Positions 13,057 to 26,773 of a stretch of DNA of 64,000 bases are shown piece after piece. Numbering within the stretch: position 1 is the first letter of the stretch; every line of letters starts with the position of its first letter. The DNA comes from Octopus sinensis. Its lineage: Eukaryota. The notes under the pieces were generated by a model. The model ran no database searches, had not been told where the DNA came from, and worked only from the letters and a program-made list of their open reading frames with translations. The stretch is from the NCBI RefSeq assembly GCF_006345805.1, contig NC_043026.1, positions 8,990,001 to 9,054,000 of the forward strand. Reading direction: 5' to 3'. The position numbers and the translations under genes were made by a program.

Positions 13057-13769
13057 CACGTAAAAAGCACCATCCGGGCATGGCTGTTTGCCAGACTCGT
13101 CTGGCACATAAAAAGCACCCACTACACTCATGGAGAGGTTGGCGTTAGGAAAGGCATCCAGCCGTAGAAACTTTGCCAGATCAGACTGGGCCTGGTGCAG
13201 CCTTCTGGCTTCCCAGACCCCAGTTGAACCGTCCAACCCATGCTAGCATGGAAAACGGATGCTAAACGATGATGATGATGATGATATTGTGAAATTGATG
13301 AATAGGGGACTTATAGACCTCTTGTTTAAATGCCTACAAAAAGTACATCAGCTAAGCAAATGGCCTTCCCTAAATGCATTGAAACCATTATAACAGAATC
13401 ACTGTTTCAGGAAATTATCGTCGTTCAAAGACAACAAAATAATAATAATAATAATTCGTTCGTTTATTGGCCACAAGGGCTAACAAAAATCAATTAAAAC
13501 ATAAAGGGACAAAACACAGGACGAAAGTTACAAAGGGTTTTGTCCGTAACTATGTAGAAAACGAAAATGAAAAAAAAAAAAAAAACTGCGCTAACGACCC
13601 GGGGGGTGGGGGACTTTCGGAAAATTTACAAGATCCGATTTTTCCGTCATAAGTTAGGGTAAAATGGATTGCGAGGATGATCCGGTTCTTGACTGAAGAA
13701 GGCTTCCAATGACCCGTCCGTGTTTTTTGTATCGTCTATTTGGATGTTTTGCGTTCTTGTCCCATTTTG

Positions 13770-13807
<38 letters not shown>

Positions 13808-14039
13808 CTTTTGTTTTTTACGGAATCCCACTTTTTGGTTCTGGAGAATCCGATTCTGAAAAAAAGTATTTTGAAAAATCGCATTCTCAAAATTTCATTT
13901 ACCACCAGCCCCTTCACTTTTCACTTGAAAAAAAAAAAAAACAAACATATTTTTACCCTTAAAAACGATGGGAGAAACCTTTTCGGTAACAAAAAAATAA
14001 AATATTGTAAATATTTTCAAAGGAAAAAGTGTGATTTAA

Positions 14040-14540
14040 GGGAGATTTGGCTGTTGTTTCTAGCACATCCTAAGACAACCCTCCTCGTTTCACTTTCCCA
14101 TCTTTTGAAGTTTTTCTCTTCATAAACACATTTATGATTTTTTTTCAACCCTATTCTTCGCCCCTGGTTGCTTCTGTTTACGATTTAAAATATCGGTGAG
14201 TCTGAGGCCGTTTCTGGCATTTATCCACAGTGAAAACACAAGAAACGTGGGAAAATGATGGAAAGTGTAGAAGGTAGCCTCCATAGCTAGAAATAGCAGC
14301 CAAATGTCGCACAAATCAAAGGACATCTGAGACAGGAAGTATTTAGAAATTAAATAGTTTAATACTTACGGAAATGGTTTAAAAAAGGATGGTGTTGTTG
14401 TTAGAAGTGCGCCAGGTGGTTGAGAAATGTATTATAAATGTGTTTGGGAGTGAATTGAGAGAAATTCCGACTTAAATCAAGTTTGTTAAAATGAATGAAT
14501 GGAGGCGGAAATACGCTTAGTGCGCATGCGTATGAAATAC
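14040..14540. promoter_or_regulatory. Putative shared promoter and non-coding first exons of the divergent A/B pair
   Basis: NRF1-like TGCGCATGCG at 14521-14530 and ETS/E2F-like GGCGGAAAT at 14504-14512. Minus-strand donor GTAAGT at 14369-14364, plus-strand donor GTGAGT at 14196-14201. All are retained in the copies near 25.5, 40.3 and 57.1 kb. Confidence 0.5.
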
Positions 14541-14845
14541 TGGTTTTTCTTCTTTTTTTCTTTTGTTTTTTAAAGATTTTGGTAGAAAACCAGAAATTTC
14601 GGGGAGGGTCAAGTGTCAGTCGATTTCATGGACCCGAGTAGTCAACTGGTATTTATTTTATTGAACCCCAGCAGAAAAAAAGTGAAAGGCAAAGTTTATG
14701 GATCTTTTCTGTTTGAACGGCAGTTTTTATCATAATTTCTAGGTAACTAAAAAGTTTTAAACTTCGTATACTGGTAGAATGTGTTACATAAAACATCTTT
14801 TCCTCTTGGCTTTATTGAGAAAATTGTGTAGTTTGTGGATTGGAA

Positions 14846-15207
14846 GCACTCAGTCGGTTACGACGATGAGGGTTCCGGTTGATCCGAATCAACGGAACAG
14901 CCTGCTCGTGAAATTAACGTGTAAGTGGCTGAGCACTCCACAGACACGTGCACCCTTAACTTAGTTCTCGGGGACATTCAGCGTGACACAGAGAGTGACA
15001 AGGCCGGCCCTTTGAAATACAGGTACAACAGAAACAGGAAGTAAGAGTGGGAGAAAGTTGTGGTGAAAGAGTACAGCAGGGATCACCACCATCCCCTGCC
15101 GGGGCCTCGTGGAGCTTTTTGGTGTTTTCGCTCAATAAACACTCACAACGCCCGGTCTGGGAATCGAAACCGCAATTCTACGACCGCGTGTCCGCTGCCC
15201 TAACCAC
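14846..15207 (-). mobile_element. SINE family 4 (tRNA-derived, possibly Arg-like head)
   Basis: The minus strand starts GTGGTTAGGGCAGCGGACACGCGGTCGTAGAATTGCGGTTTCGATTCCC (A and B boxes). A truncated copy lies at 40998-41147. Confidence 0.65.
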
Positions 15208-16557
15208 GAAGAGATCTTGAAGAAACTGTTGATGATATTTTATGTTGATTTTTTTCCCCCATTTATTCGATATTCATTAATTTCACATCATTTGCAATTT
15301 TTCTCTGATTCTCTTTCATTTGAATTCGATACTTGAATAGCTTTTTGCATTTCTGATCTTTAAGATGTCGAAGGATAGATATTGATGTGTTTGAGTCTTT
15401 GTTTTCAAATGTAATTCTGGATAATTTGAAGAGACAATTTCACCTTTTCTTGCCTCTGCCAAATTTCTCTTTCTACACACTCAAAGAGAACAATGATAAT
15501 TTCCTGAAATAGTGATTCTGTTATAATGTTTTCAATGCATTCAGGGAAGGCCATTTGCTTAGCTGATAAACTTTTTGTAATCAATCGTGAAATCTCCTCA
15601 TGGGGCAAAATGAGTAATGACTATTTCCAATAATTTTTTCTCTTTATGGAGTTAAAGAGAAGAAATTGTGAGCTGTTAGGTTACTAGTCACAGACATACA
15701 TTTTCTACAATATCCTCTGGCCTTGTGAATGGATTTGGGAGATGGAAACTGAAGGAAGCCCAATATATATATATGTGTGTGTGGGTGGGTGTGTTGTCCT
15801 CCCACCCCTTCAACACTTGACAAACAGTGTTGGTGTGTTTATGTCCCCATAAACTTGTGGTTTGGCAAAAGTGGCTGATAGAATAAGTGCTAAGCTCAAA
15901 AAATAAGTCCTAGCATTGATTCTATTGACTGAAGCCTTTAAAGTTGGTGCTCCAGCATGACCACAGTCAAAACAACTGAAACCAGTAAAAAAGTGTGTGT
16001 GTGTGTATTTATGAATGTGGAGCGGGAGTTTAGAAATATGTTAGCTTCAAACAGGATTTTGTGATGTAAATATTAATAAATTAGAAAGTTCTGTTGTTCA
16101 GTTAAATGTTTGTTTCTAGAGTTTATCTTTATGGAAATGTTGAATCTGTATTTTTTTAAGTAGCCTCTATATCTTACATTGTTGTTTCTTTATTCTTTCA
16201 GAATATCAGATGACATTGGCATAACTGAAGATACATTCTCATTATTTATCAGCTTTTTAAAGACCAAAATGGAAATATTGTACAGAACAGATATATAAGA
16301 TTGTTTCTATAAATCTGTGGTGGAATTCCTCTGATATATTTACTCTGAATTGTGTTATTAGCAAACCTTCTGGACATCACTGGCTGGAGTGTCTACAAGA
16401 TGAGCCTGTTTGCAGATTGAACGTGGATAAATTTAGTTGTTTTGTGACAAAGGTAACAGTGGCCAGAAATATAACAGTTGAAATATTTGTAAACAAAAGA
16501 CTATAGAAGCAAAAAGAATAAAAAAAGAACGTATATTGTGAAGTTGAAGGAAAAATA

Positions 16558-17562
16558 ATGGAAAAGAGTGAGAAAGTGAAGGAACATATTTTTCCAGAAG
16601 ATAGCAAAAAGGAGAGACAAAAATTGTCACATGACTGTGATGTGTGTAAAAAGTCTTTCTCAAAAAAAGGTACCTTAAATAGTCACAAACGTATTCATAC
16701 AGGAGAGAAGCCATTTCACTGTGAAATCTGTGGTAAATCATTCTCTCAAAAAATTACCTTGACTACCCACAAACGTATTCATACAGGAGAGAAGCCATAT
16801 CATTGTAGTGTCTGTGGTACAAGTTTCTCTTACCAAAGTGTTTTAAATAATCACCAGTATTGTCATACAGGAGAGAAGCCATTTCACTGTGAAGTCTGTG
16901 GTAAATCATTCTCTCAAAGAAGTGCTTTAACTAATCACAAACGTATTCATACAGGAGAGACACCATATTCCTGTAATATCTGTGGTAAATTATTTTCTGG
17001 TAAAAGTGCTCTAACTTATCATAAACGTATTCATACAGGAGAGTCACCATATCATTGTGATATCTGTGGTAAATCATTCTCTCAAAGTTGCAGCTTAACT
17101 ACTCACAAACGTTCCCATACAGGAGAGAAGCCATACCACTGTGATATCTGTGGTAAATCATTCTCCGTGAGTTGTAACTTAACTGGACACAGACGTATTC
17201 ATACAGGAGAAACACCATATTCTTGTGATATCTGTGGTAAATTATTCTCTCAAAAACTTTATTTGACTTTACACAAACGTATTCATACAGGAGAGACACC
17301 ATTTCACTGTGAAATCTGTGGTAAATCATTCTCTCAAAGTGGCCACCTAACTATTCATAAACGTATTCATACAGGAGAAACACCATATTCTTGTGAAATC
17401 TGTGGTAAATCATTCTCTCAAAGTGGCAACTTAGCTTCTCACAAACGTATCCATACAGGAGAGAAGCTATATCCTTGTGATATCTGTGGAAGGTCATTTA
17501 CTCAACGTGGCAACTTAACTTCTCACAAACGTGTTCATAAGGGGAAGAAGCAATCCCACTAA
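16558..17562 (+). CDS. C2H2 zinc-finger protein, type B1, 334 aa, 11 fingers
   Basis: Intact ORF with a 24-aa leader and 11 fingers. Upstream acceptor TTTATTCTTTCAG at 16189-16201. Confidence 0.93.
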   Translation: MEKSEKVKEHIFPEDSKKERQKLSHDCDVCKKSFSKKGTLNSHKRIHTGEKPFHCEICGKSFSQKITLTTHKRIHTGEKPYHCSVCGTSFSYQSVLNNHQYCHTGEKPFHCEVCGKSFSQRSALTNHKRIHTGETPYSCNICGKLFSGKSALTYHKRIHTGESPYHCDICGKSFSQSCSLTTHKRSHTGEKPYHCDICGKSFSVSCNLTGHRRIHTGETPYSCDICGKLFSQKLYLTLHKRIHTGETPFHCEICGKSFSQSGHLTIHKRIHTGETPYSCEICGKSFSQSGNLASHKRIHTGEKLYPCDICGRSFTQRGNLTSHKRVHKGKKQSH

Positions 17563-17877
17563 TACTTGCGCTAAATCATAATCTGTAAGGGGTTATTGAA
17601 ACCCTTTACCATGCAGGTTATTCTGTCAAATGTGATGTTTATTTATTCACATTATTTTCAATTTGCCATCCAAAGGTTTAGTAAAATTCTATGAATTAGA
17701 AAAAAGATATTTAATTTTAATTCTCAAATTTTTATCAATTTTTGCGTGATATTAAAGGGACTCTACTCATATATGAACTTAGGCGCACACACACACAGAC
17801 ACAAGAGATAAAAGATAATACAAAGAGTTTTCAAATTGAGTAAACAGGAGTAGTTGTGTGGTAAGTAGCTTGCTTAC

Positions 17878-19300
17878 CTTTGTCGGAGACAGATGTGTTT
17901 GTTTTTGGCGGAGAGTTCTTGCTGCTTGATGTCACGTCTTTCGTCGTGAAATTTTGAACTTTGAGGCTCGACTACAGGTAGGCGTTTGTCGTATTTTTGA
18001 GGGCTTAGTGGAGTTTGTTGCCCTGTATTTAATATTTTTTGTGAGTAATAGACTCCACTCTGCTCCAGACATTTGCCTGTCTGTGGCCGCCTATAAAGAC
18101 TCACTTTGCAGTGAGAATTGTGTTTTCGAGGAGGCGTAGCCCCTCCGCAAAAATTAATTTCTTTGCGTAAATTATCTTTGTGTCTGAGGATTAACCAAGG
18201 CAGGAAGGACTGTTTTTGCAAGGTGGACGTGAGTGTTTTGGCTCTGGCCAATTACAAGAAAAAAGAACAAAAACAGAGAAGGTTGTCGAGGCAAGTGATT
18301 TTGTTTTATCTGAGCTGGGTGTAATTTGTTATATTGTTCTTTTTTGTTAACAAATTTCGCCTGCTCTCGGCGGCTGCTGTTTTGTGAATTTAGTGTGAAT
18401 ATTTTGGATTCATTAAAAAAAAAAAAGACAGTGGAGGGACGTATCCTCGCCTGAATTATTAGAACCTGGTACAGTTACCGTTGGCTGTAGCCAGTATTGT
18501 GTTTGGATTTCTTTTACCAATTACGGGTAAAGACGATTCATACCAAGGAACCTATGTACATTTGGCCAGGAGTACCTTTTCGGCCGAAAATTAATTTATT
18601 TCTTTGCCTGGATTTGAACTCTCTTCTTCAAAGCTTTCGTTTATTTAAAAGAATAAAAGAACTCTTTTTTGAACTGTTATTTTTTATTTTATTTCTTCCC
18701 TTCTTTTTTGTGTCTTGTTTTATTTTCTTACATTTTGAACTGTAATTGAACTTTGTGTTGAAATGGCAAAGGAATTTCTTGTGTTGGACTTGACACCTCC
18801 CCAAAAATGGTGAAAAGAGCTTGAAAGGAAGACGGTGGTGTTGAGGACTTATTCAAAGTCGCTCGACACCATAGCCGTCTTCCCGAGGGCCACAATTTTG
18901 AATGAGCTGGCAGATTACATGCCAGCCATTAAATTTATTTCACGGGGAGTCAAATATGCAACGGTCTGGTTGCTGTTTGACTCCCCCTAAGAAGCTTGCG
19001 ATTTTGCAAGTCAGCTCCTCGAGGGCGAGGAAATAATCTTTCTTCCAAGCTATTGTGGAAAGAAATTGTTGAAAGCTTGGATCTGCGGTTTGCCAGCCGG
19101 AGTTGAGCCCGAGTGGATAGAGGACTCTATCCGCTGGGGTCTGGGTGGTAGCAGTACCATGCTGCTTAATGTGAAAGTGTTGCCTGCAGCTGATTGGGAG
19201 GGATCAAAAGCTGTTTTGACCCTATGGACCCAATCAGCCGAAAGTCTGGTCTTTCCAGATTTTTTGAGGATGGCCGGGTCTAAATGGTGTTTCTTCACTT
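17878..19300 (+). mobile_element. Tx1/L1-like LINE family A, 5' UTR plus degenerate ORF1, inserted in a SINE-1 head
   Basis: Follows the SINE head 17845-17877. ORF1 runs from ATG 18763 (MAKEFLVLDL...ELERKTVVLRTY...FISRGVKYATV...LPSYCGKK) with 2 stops, and is homologous to ORF1 of the LINE at 47897-50945. Confidence 0.7.
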
Positions 19301-21975
19301 GCCACCTGCACAGGAGTCAGTCCAGCGGTCCTGGCAACTGCCGGGTGCCAGTCATAAGATTGGTTCAATTTCGATTTCTTTGTTATATTTAAAATAATTG
19401 AAAGAAACACAGAGCATCTCAAAATAAATACAGTAACGAAAGGGTTAATCTTGCATCATCTTTGTTTGTATTTCTCTCATCTTTTATCAAATTCAATGAT
19501 ATGATTGCGGCCGACCTGGAGCAATGCCACAAAGAAATTTTAGTCAAATGAATCGACCCCAGTACTTATTCTTTTGCTAAGCCTGGTGCTTATTCTATCG
19601 GTCTCTTTTGCTAAACAGCTAAGTTACAGGGACGTAAACGCACCAGCATCAGTCGTCAAGCAATACTGGGAGATCAACATCGAAGACATACATATAATGA
19701 GTGTTGGTTATATCCAGCCTCATCCAGTTGCTCTTAATCTTGCATCGTCTAAAAATGGCCATTGTCTCATGTGTGTCTGTGTTGGTGTTTCTTTCATCTT
19801 TTACTTGTTTCAGTCATTTGATTGTATACATAGTGGGGGGCACCGCCCAGAAGAAATTTCAGTTGAATGAATCGATTGCAATACTTATTTTTCTTTTTTA
19901 ATTAAATCTAGTGCTTATTCTAATGGCCCCTTTTGCTGAACAGCCAAGATATGAAGATGTAAACACACCAACACCAGTTGTCATGAAATACTTGGAGACA
20001 GACACAGACACATATACATACACACTTATATATACAGAGTGTTGGTTATGAGTTTTGCTTGCGAGTTAACCGTGGCTGGTTCATCTCGATGTAGCTGTGT
20101 GTTAGTTATGCATTCACTGGTCTAGTCTGTCTGCCTGGAGTTACCGAATACAAAAGAATGACAAGAAGAACCAGGTAAATTCAAGGCAACTGTTATTTAT
20201 TACAACCCCTTATAAAAATACATGGCAAATGTCTTACATATTGTGAAGTAACAGGTTTGGCAAGTTTTAACGAACTCTATCTGGAACAGTGGGAGTTGTA
20301 TCACAGTTGAAATTCTGTAGCATGTTCATGGTTTGGTTCCGTGTGTTGGGCAGCATCTGTTGTTGTGATCTGTCTTTTGCTGTAGAGGAAGTACAAGTTT
20401 ACCAGGCCAGAGAGAGAGAGAGATCAGGAATGAAGACAGAAACGGGTGTGCCGCCACAAAGGAGACACATGGTTACCCAGCCTTACGGAAACGCAGGAGA
20501 AGGAGATAGAGGGTGGGAGACAACATGATGGAGATAGTGGCAAAATGATGGGCGTATTCAATAGGGAGGGGATCAGAATGTAAATGGGGATAGTTGAGTA
20601 AAGGAAGAGGGAGATATAGATGGTGGCAAGGGTTAGGCCATACTCTTGAGGTTCAAACGTCATAATATAAGGGACAGGATACTGCAAAGGCAACGAGCTG
20701 GCAGAAACGTTAGGCGCTATGTACTGAGTTCAAATTCTGCCGAGGTCGACTTTGCCTTACATCATTTCGGGGTCGTTTAAATAAGTACCAGTTACACACT
20801 GGGGTCGATGTAATTGACTTAATCCGTTTGTTTGTCCGCTCTGTGTTTAGCCCCTTGTGGGTAGTAAAGAAATAGGTATTTCGTCTGCCGCTACGTTCTG
20901 AGTTCAAATTCCGCCGAGGTTGACTTTGCCTTTCATCCTTTCGGGGTCGATAAATTAAGTACAAGTTACGCACTGGGGTCGATGTAATCGACTTAATCCC
21001 TTTGACTGTCCTTGTTTGTCCTCTCTGTGTTTAGCTTCTTGTGGGTAGTAAAGGAATAGGGTACTGCAAAGGAAGCATGATTAGAGTGTAGGGGGTGTTG
21101 AGTGATGACAACCTGGGTATTATATAGAGTCAGGGGGCTACTGGATAGCAATGATTCAGAGGAACAGCACCATGAGGGAAGGATTGGGGGAGTGAGAGGT
21201 AGGCATAGTGTATGGAAGGAATGTGAAGAAGAGATGTAGATTGGTTTGTTGGGGGCAGGGTGTGCAAAAAGTTTTCTTGTTACATGTGGGTGGAAGACAT
21301 AGGTTGAGGGCAAGCCAATAGCAATAATACAGTAAGACAGGGAATGGGGGTGGAACATACAGGTCAGGACTAGCGGAGAGCAATGCTACAGTGAGACAGG
21401 GCAGGACTGTATTTAAAATATCCGATCGTGGCCGTCTGCCAGCCTCGTCTGGCACCTGTGCAGGTGGCACGTAAAAGGCACCCACTACACTCATGGAGTG
21501 GTTGGCATTAGGAAGGGCATCCAGCTGTAGAAACACTGCCAGATCAGACAACCTGGTGCAGCCTACAGGCTTCCCAGACCCCAGTTGAACCGTCCAACCC
21601 ATGCTAGCATGGAAAACGGACGTTAGATGATGATGATGAAATATTTTCAATGGCAGTCAATAATGGCCCCTTATGGTCCTTGTGAGAAGTAAGAAGTGTT
21701 GGTACATCTACTGTCCACTCTTTAGAATTTAAACCAGCCATATCTGGCCCAAATATTCTGCCTATTTTATGATCAAACTAGTCAGAGTCGGCTTCTTACA
21801 CCTACCCTACAATGTCATTGTGAAAATACACAATCATATCATCAAAATTTGAAAGCTGTGGGTTAATGCAGGACAAATTGAAAATAATGTGAATAAATAA
21901 CCCTCACATTCGACAGAATAATCTGCATGGTAAAGGGTTCAGTCACCCCTTACAGATTATGATTTAGCACAAATA

Positions 21976-23813
21976 TCAGTGGGATTGCTTCTTCCCCTGA
22001 TGAACACGTTTGTGAGAAGTTAAGTTGCCACGTTGAGTGAATGACCTTCCACAGATATCACAAGAATATGGCTTCTCTCCTGTATGAATGCGTTTATGTG
22101 CAGTCAAGCTACCTTTCTGAAAGAATGATTTACCACAAATGTCACAGTGAAATGGCTTCTCTCCTGTATGAATACGTTTGTGAGATTTTAAAACACTTTG
22201 GAAAGAGAATGATTTACCACAGATATCACAAGAATATGGTCTCTCCCCTGTATGAATACGTTTATGTGCAGTCAAGCTACCTTTCTGAAAGAATGATTTA
22301 CCACAAATGTCGCAGCGAAATGGCTTCTCTCTTGTATGAACACGTTTGTGAGATTTTAAAACACTTTGGACATTGAATGATTTACCACAGACATTACAGT
22401 GATATGGCTTCTCTCCCCTATGGAAACGTTTGTGAGAAACTAAGTTGCCACTTTGAGAGAATGATTTACCACAAATGTCACAAGAATATGGTGTTTCTCC
22501 TGTATGAATACGTCTGTGTTTAGTTAAGCTACTACCGGCTGAGAAATATTTGCCACAGATGTTGCACTTATATGGCTTCTCTCCTGTATGGAAACGTTTG
22601 TGAACAGTTAAGTTCCCACTGTGAGAGAATGATTTACCACAGACATGACAGTGATAGGGCTTCTCTCCTGTATGAATACGTTTGTGAGCAGTTAAATACC
22701 CACTTTGAGAGAATGATTTACCACAGATTTCACAGTGAAATGGTGTCTCTCCTGTATGAACACGTTTATGAATAGTTAACTTACTACTAGTAGAGAAAGA
22801 TTTGCCACAAATATCACAGTGAAATGGCTTCTCTCCTGTATGAATACGTTTGTGAGCAGCGAAGTTCCCACTTTGAGTGAATGACTTACCACAGATATCA
22901 CAAGAATATGGTGTCTCTCCTGTATGGATACGTTTATGAATAGTTAGCTTCCAATTGGCAGAGAAAGATTTGCCACAAATACCACAGTGAAATGGCTTCT
23001 CTCCTGTATGAATACGTTTATGAGGAGTTAAAGCACTGTTGCGAGAGAATGATTTACCACCGATGTCACAGGAACATGCGATCTCACCTGTATGAATCCG
23101 TTTGTGAGAAGTTAAAGCACTCCTTTGAGAGAATGAATAACCACAGATATTACAGGAGTACGGTTTCTCTCCTGTATGAAGACGTATGTGAGATTTTAAA
23201 ATGCTTTGGTGAGAGAATGATGTACCACAGACATCACAGTGATAAGGCTTCTCTCCTGTATGAAGACATTTGTGTCTTATCAAGTCATTTTTCTGAGAGA
23301 ATGGTTTACCACAAATGTTACACTGATGTGGCTTCTGCCCTGTATGGACACGTTTGTGATAATTTAAAGCACTTCTATAAGAGAATGGTGTACCACAGAT
23401 AACACAGTGATAAGGCTTTTCTCCAGTATGAATACGTTTGTGTGTAGTTAAGCTATTCCTGTGATGGAATGATTTACCACAAATGTCACAGTGAAATGGC
23501 TTCTCTCCTGTATGAATATATTTGTGTGAATTTAAATCACTTCGGTCAGAGAATGATTTACCACAGACATTACATTGATAAGGCTTCTCTCCAGTATGAA
23601 TACGTTTGTGTGTAGTCAAGTTATTATTTTGAGAGAATGATTTACCACAGATGTCACAGTGAAATGGTTTCTCCCCTGTATGAATACGCTTGTGTATATA
23701 CAAGTGAGCCTTTTGAGAGAAGGACTTTTTACACACATCACAGTCATGTGACAATTTTGTTTTCCCTTTTCTTCTGGAAAAGTCAGATCCTTTAGTTTCT
23801 CACTCTTTTCCAT
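21976..23813 (-). CDS. C2H2 zinc-finger gene A2, 21 fingers; -1 frameshift in the leader A-run (~23767-23770), pseudogene or assembly error
   Basis: The ATG at 23813 reads [18 protein letters not shown] and then shifts out of frame. The 592-aa finger ORF 21976-23754 is otherwise intact. Confidence 0.8.
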
Positions 23814-25130
23814 TATTTATCTTTGAAAATCACAATATATATATATATATATGTTTCTTCTTTGTACTTCTATAGTCTTTTGTTTGCAAGTATTTCGACT
23901 GCTGTATTTCTGTCAAGTGTTACCTTTGTCCCAAAACTGGTTAGTAAATTTATCCAAGTTTAATTTGCAAAGAGACACATCTTGTAGACACTCCAGCCAG
24001 TGATGTCCAGAAGGTTTACTAATAACACATTTCAGAGTAAATATATCAGAGGAATTCCACCACAGATTTATAGAAACAATCTTATATATCTCTTCTGTAC
24101 AATATTTTCATTTTGGTCTTTAAAAGATGATAAATAATGAGAATGTATCTTGAGTTATGCCAACGTCATCTGATATTCTGAAATAATAAAGAAACAACAG
24201 TGTAAGATATAGAGGCTACTTAAAAAATACAGATTCAACATTTCCATAGAGATAAACTCTAGAAACAAACATTTACCTGAACAACAGAACTTTTTAATTT
24301 ATTAAAGTTTACATCAGAAAATCTTGTGTGAAGTTAACATATTTCTAAATTCCAGTTACACATTCTTACTGCACAACATTTATATATGTGTGTGTATATA
24401 TATATATATATATATCACGTAAAAAGCACCATCCGATTGTGGCCATTTGCCAGCCTCTTCTGGCACGTAAAAAGCACCCACTACACTCACGGAGTGGTTG
24501 GCGTTAGGAAGGGCATCCAGCCGTAGAAACTTTGCCAGATCAGACTGGGCCTGGTGCAGCCTTCTGGCTTCCCAGACCCCAGTTGAACCGTCCAACCCAT
24601 GCTAGCATGGAAAACGGATGCTAAACGATGATGATGATGATGATATTGTGAAATTGATGAATAGGGGACTTATAGACCTCTTGTTTAAATGCCTACAAAA
24701 AGTACATCAGCTAAGCAAATGGCCTTCCCTAAATGCATTGAAACCATTATAACAGAATCACTGTTTCAGGAAATTATCGTCGTTCAAAGACAACAAAATA
24801 ATAATAATAATAATAATTCGTTCGTTTATTGGCCACAAGGGCTAACAAAAATCAATTAAAACATAAAGGGACAAAACACAGGACGAAAGTTACAAAGGGT
24901 TTTGTCCGTAACTATGAAGAAAACGAAAATGAAAAAAAAAAAAAAATTGCGCTAACGACCCGGGGGGTGGGGGACTTTCGGAAAATTTACAAGATCCGAT
25001 TTTTCCGTCATAAGTTAGGGTAAAATGGATTGCGAGGATGATCCGGTTCTTGACTGAAGAAGGCTTCCAATGACCCGTCCGTGTTTTTTGTATCGTCTAT
25101 TTGGATGTTTTGCGTTCTTGTCCCATTTTG

Positions 25131-25192
<62 letters not shown>

Positions 25193-26773
25193 CTGTTTTT
25201 TTTACGGAATCCCACTTTTTGGTTATGGAGGATCCGATTATGAAAAACATTTTTTTGAAAAATCGCATTTTCAAAATTTCATTTACCACCAGCCCCTTCA
25301 CTTTTCACTTGAAAAAAAAAACAAACAAACATATTTTTGCCCTTAAAAACGATGGGAGAAACCTTTTCGGTAACAAAAACATAAAATATTGTAAATATTT
25401 TCAAAGGAAAAAGTGTGATTTAAGGGAGATTTGGCTGTTGTTTCTAGCACGTCCTAAGACAACCCTCCTCGTTTCACTTTCCCATCTTTTGAAGTTTTTC
25501 TCTTCATAAACACATTTATGATTTTTTTTCAACCCTATTCTTCGCCCCTGGTTGCTTCTGTTTACGATTTAAAATATCGGTGAGTCTGAGGCCGTTTCTG
25601 GCATTTATCCACAGTGAAAACACAAGAAACGTGGGAAAATGATGGAAAGTGTAGAAGGTAGCCTCCATAGCTAGAAATAGCAGCCAAATGTCGCACAAAT
25701 CAAAGGACATCTGAGACAGGAAGTATTTAGAAATTAAATAGTTTAATACTTACGGAAATGGTTTAAAAAAGGATGGTGTTGTTGTTAGAAGTGCGCCAGG
25801 TGGTTGAGAAATGTATTATAAATGTGTTTGGGAGTGAATTGAGAGAAATTCCGACTTAAATCAAGTTTTTTCAAATGAATGAATGGAGGCGGAAATACGC
25901 TTAGTGCGCATGCGTATGAAAAACTGGTTTTTCTTCTTTTTTTCTTTTGTTTTTTAAAGATTTTAGTAGAAAACCAGAAATTTCGGGGAGGGTCAAGTGT
26001 CAGTCGATTTCATGGACCCGAGTAGTCAACTGGTATTTATTTTATTGAACCCCAGCAGAAAAAAAGTGAAAGGCAAAGTTTATGGATCTTTTCTGTTTGA
26101 ACGGCAGTTTTTAACATAATTTCTAGGTAACTAAAAAGTTTTAAACTTCGTATACTGGTAGAATGTGTTACATAAAACATCTTTTCCTGTTGGCTTCATT
26201 GAGAAAATTCTGTAGTTTGTAAGCTATTTCCACTTTAATTTCAAGCATTTCGGCAATTTCAACCAATCACTCTCGTCTATTGCGGTAAAAAAAATATTCT
26301 GTGCCGTATGAATATGTCCCTCGTTTAAGAAACAGATTGGGTTTTGTTGTTGTTATATATATATATATATAATGTGTTGAGTATTAAAGGAAGTAGTGAG
26401 TACTTAGTATGAAAGATTAAGAAAGTGGGAGAGACTGAAAAAACGTGTTAACGATACGAGATACTTTATTAGACTGCGCGTTGTTGTACAAGGTATATCT
26501 TTGTTGTGGCGGGAAACTGACTGATTGTCCTCGTATCAAGGGAGACAATAGGCAACGTTAATTGTTCATGTTCCTTTTTTTTTTATTTATCTGTATCTAC
26601 AGGGAATAATTATTCGTCGTCCACTTTTTGTGGTTTTATTATTTTGTAGTGTTGAATTCCGTAGTTGTGCTGTTTTTGTTTTTTCATGCGTGTTTGTTGA
26701 CTTTGGAAATATATTTTCATAATCTAATTCTTCTGTTATGCGAACGTGTTCGTTTGTTTTAAGAATATGTTGT

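Noticed and set aside
13609-13620. NF-kB-like GGGGACTTTCG
   Set aside because: Mismatch at the conserved terminal C, and its presence in the copies is explained by recent duplication.
13709-14326. ORFs repeated in each intergenic region (e.g. MSFDLCDIWLL..., poly-YI ORFs)
   Set aside because: Short, microsatellite-derived or indel-variable between copies, with no recognisable domain.
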